Shown here piece after piece: positions 62,482 to 64,000 of a stretch of 64,000 nucleotides of DNA. The position numbers and the translations under genes were made by a program. Source of the DNA: Eledone cirrhosa (taxonomy: Eukaryota). Where the stretch lies: the NCBI GenBank assembly GCA_964016885.1, contig OZ024746.1, positions 99,262,001 through 99,326,000 on the forward strand, in the 5' to 3' direction. Within the stretch, counting starts at the first letter, position 1. Each line of letters begins with the position of its first letter. The notes beneath the pieces are model-generated. The model did no database searches and had not been told where the DNA came from. It worked only from the letters and a program-made list of their open reading frames with translations.

Positions 62482-64000
62482 CAGTGGAGCCCGTAGCAGT
62501 TGAGACTTTGGTCCTAGGACCAGCTCCTTATTCACCATCATAGGCCACAGTGGAGCCTGTAGCAGTTGAGGCTTTGGTCCTAGGACCACCTCCTTATTCA
62601 CCATCATAGGCCACAGTGGAGCCTGTAGCAGTTGAGGCTTTGGTCCTAGGACCACCTCCTTCTTCACCATCATAGGCCACAGTGGAGCCTGTAGCAGTTG
62701 AGGCTTTGGTCCTAGGACCACCTCCTTATTCACCATCATAGGCCACAGTGGAGCCCGTAGCAGTTGAGACTTTGGTCCTAGGACCACCTCCTTCTTCACC
62801 ATCATAGGCCAGTGGAGCCCGTAGCAGTTGAGACTTTGGTCCTAGGACCACCTCCTTCTTCACCATCATAGGCCACAGTGGGGCCCGTAGCAGTTGAGAC
62901 TTTGGTCCTAGGACCACCTCCTTATTCACCATCATAGGCCAGTGGAGCCTGTAGCAGTTGAGACTTTGGTCCTAGGACCAGCTCCTTATTCACCATCATA
63001 GGCCACAGTGGGGCCCGTAGCAGTTGAGACTTTGGTCCTAGGACCACCTCCTTCTTCACCATCATAGGCCAGTGGAGCCCGTAGCAGTTGAGACTTTGGT
63101 CCTAGGACCACCTCGTTATTCACCATCATAGGCCACAGTGGGGCCCGTAGCAGTTGAGACTTTGGTCCTAGGACCACCTCCTTCTTCACCATCATAGGCC
63201 ACAGTGGGGCCCGTAGCAGTTGAGACTTTGGTCCTAGGACCACCTCCTTATTCACCATCATAGGCCACAGTGGAGCCCGTAGCAGTTGAGACTTTGGTCC
63301 TAGGACCACCTCCTTATTCACCATCATAGGCCACAGTGGGGCCCGTAGCAGTTGAGACTTTGGTCCTAGGACCACCTCCTTCTTCACCATCATAGGCCAC
63401 AGTGGGGCCCGTAGCAGTTGAGACTTTGGTCCTAGGACCACCTCCTTATTCACCATCATAGGCCACAGTGGAGCCCGTAGCAGTTGAGACTTTGGTCCTA
63501 GGACCACCTCCTTATTCACCATCATAGGCCACAGTGGGGCCCGTAGCAGTTGAGACTTTGGTCCTAGGACCACCTCCTTCTTCACCATCATAGGCCACAG
63601 TGGGGCCCGTAGCAGTTGAGACTTTGGTCCTAGGACCACCTCCTTCTTCACCATCATAGGCCACAGTGGGGCCCGTAGCAGTTGAGACTTTGGTCCTAGG
63701 ACCACCTCCTTATTCACCATCATAGGCCAGTGGAGCCTGTAGCAGTTGAGACTTTGGTCCTAGGACCAGCTCCTTATTCACCATCATAGGCCACAGTGGG
63801 GCCCGTAGCAGTTGAGACTTTGGTCCTAGGACCACCTCCTTCTTCACCATCATAGGCCAGTGGAGCCCGTAGCAGTTGAGACTTTGGTCCTAGGACCACC
63901 TCGTTATTCACCATCATAGGCCACAGTGGGGCCCGTAGCAGTTGAGACTTTGGTCCTAGGACCACCTCCTTCTTCACCATCATAGGCCACAGTGGGGCCC
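62482..64000 (+). repeat. 66/64-bp satellite (>=23 units, runs off the window) derived from CRE-type LINE coding sequence
   Basis: unit cccgtagcagttgagactttggtcctaggaccacctccttcttcaccatcataggccacagtgggg; homologous to 17826-17892. Confidence 0.93.

Noticed and set aside
62407-63983. Repetitive MMVKKEVVLGPKSQLLRAPLWP ORFs
   Set aside because: Antisense reading of the 66-bp satellite, broken by the 64-bp units

Overview
AT-rich eukaryotic non-genic DNA. The dominant tRNA-derived SINE resembles the octopus SINE families as I recall them, so this is probably an octopod cephalopod (inference). I found no convincing host gene. The window is a mosaic of (TA)n/(CA)n/(TATG)n microsatellites and decayed transposons: Penelope-like elements (PLEs, including one near full-length RT + GIY-YIG copy), RTE, L1/Tx1, R4/NeSL-type and CRE-type LINE fragments, >20 SINEs, hAT and Tc1/mariner MITEs, Helentron-like elements and five tandem arrays. 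The most striking signal is RNA-level: about 20 hammerhead-ribozyme (HHR) motifs from many unrelated PLE tail families. At least six have an intact CUGANGA/GAAA/NUH core with all three stems, some carry core variants (U4A, U4C) or long stem-II extensions, and several sit in fold-back, outward-facing tail pairs in (TA)n. The 66-bp satellite at the window end derives from a CRE-type LINE endonuclease coding segment and has a 788-bp higher-order repeat. All folds and alignments were done by eye, boundaries are approximate, and nothing was checked against databases.
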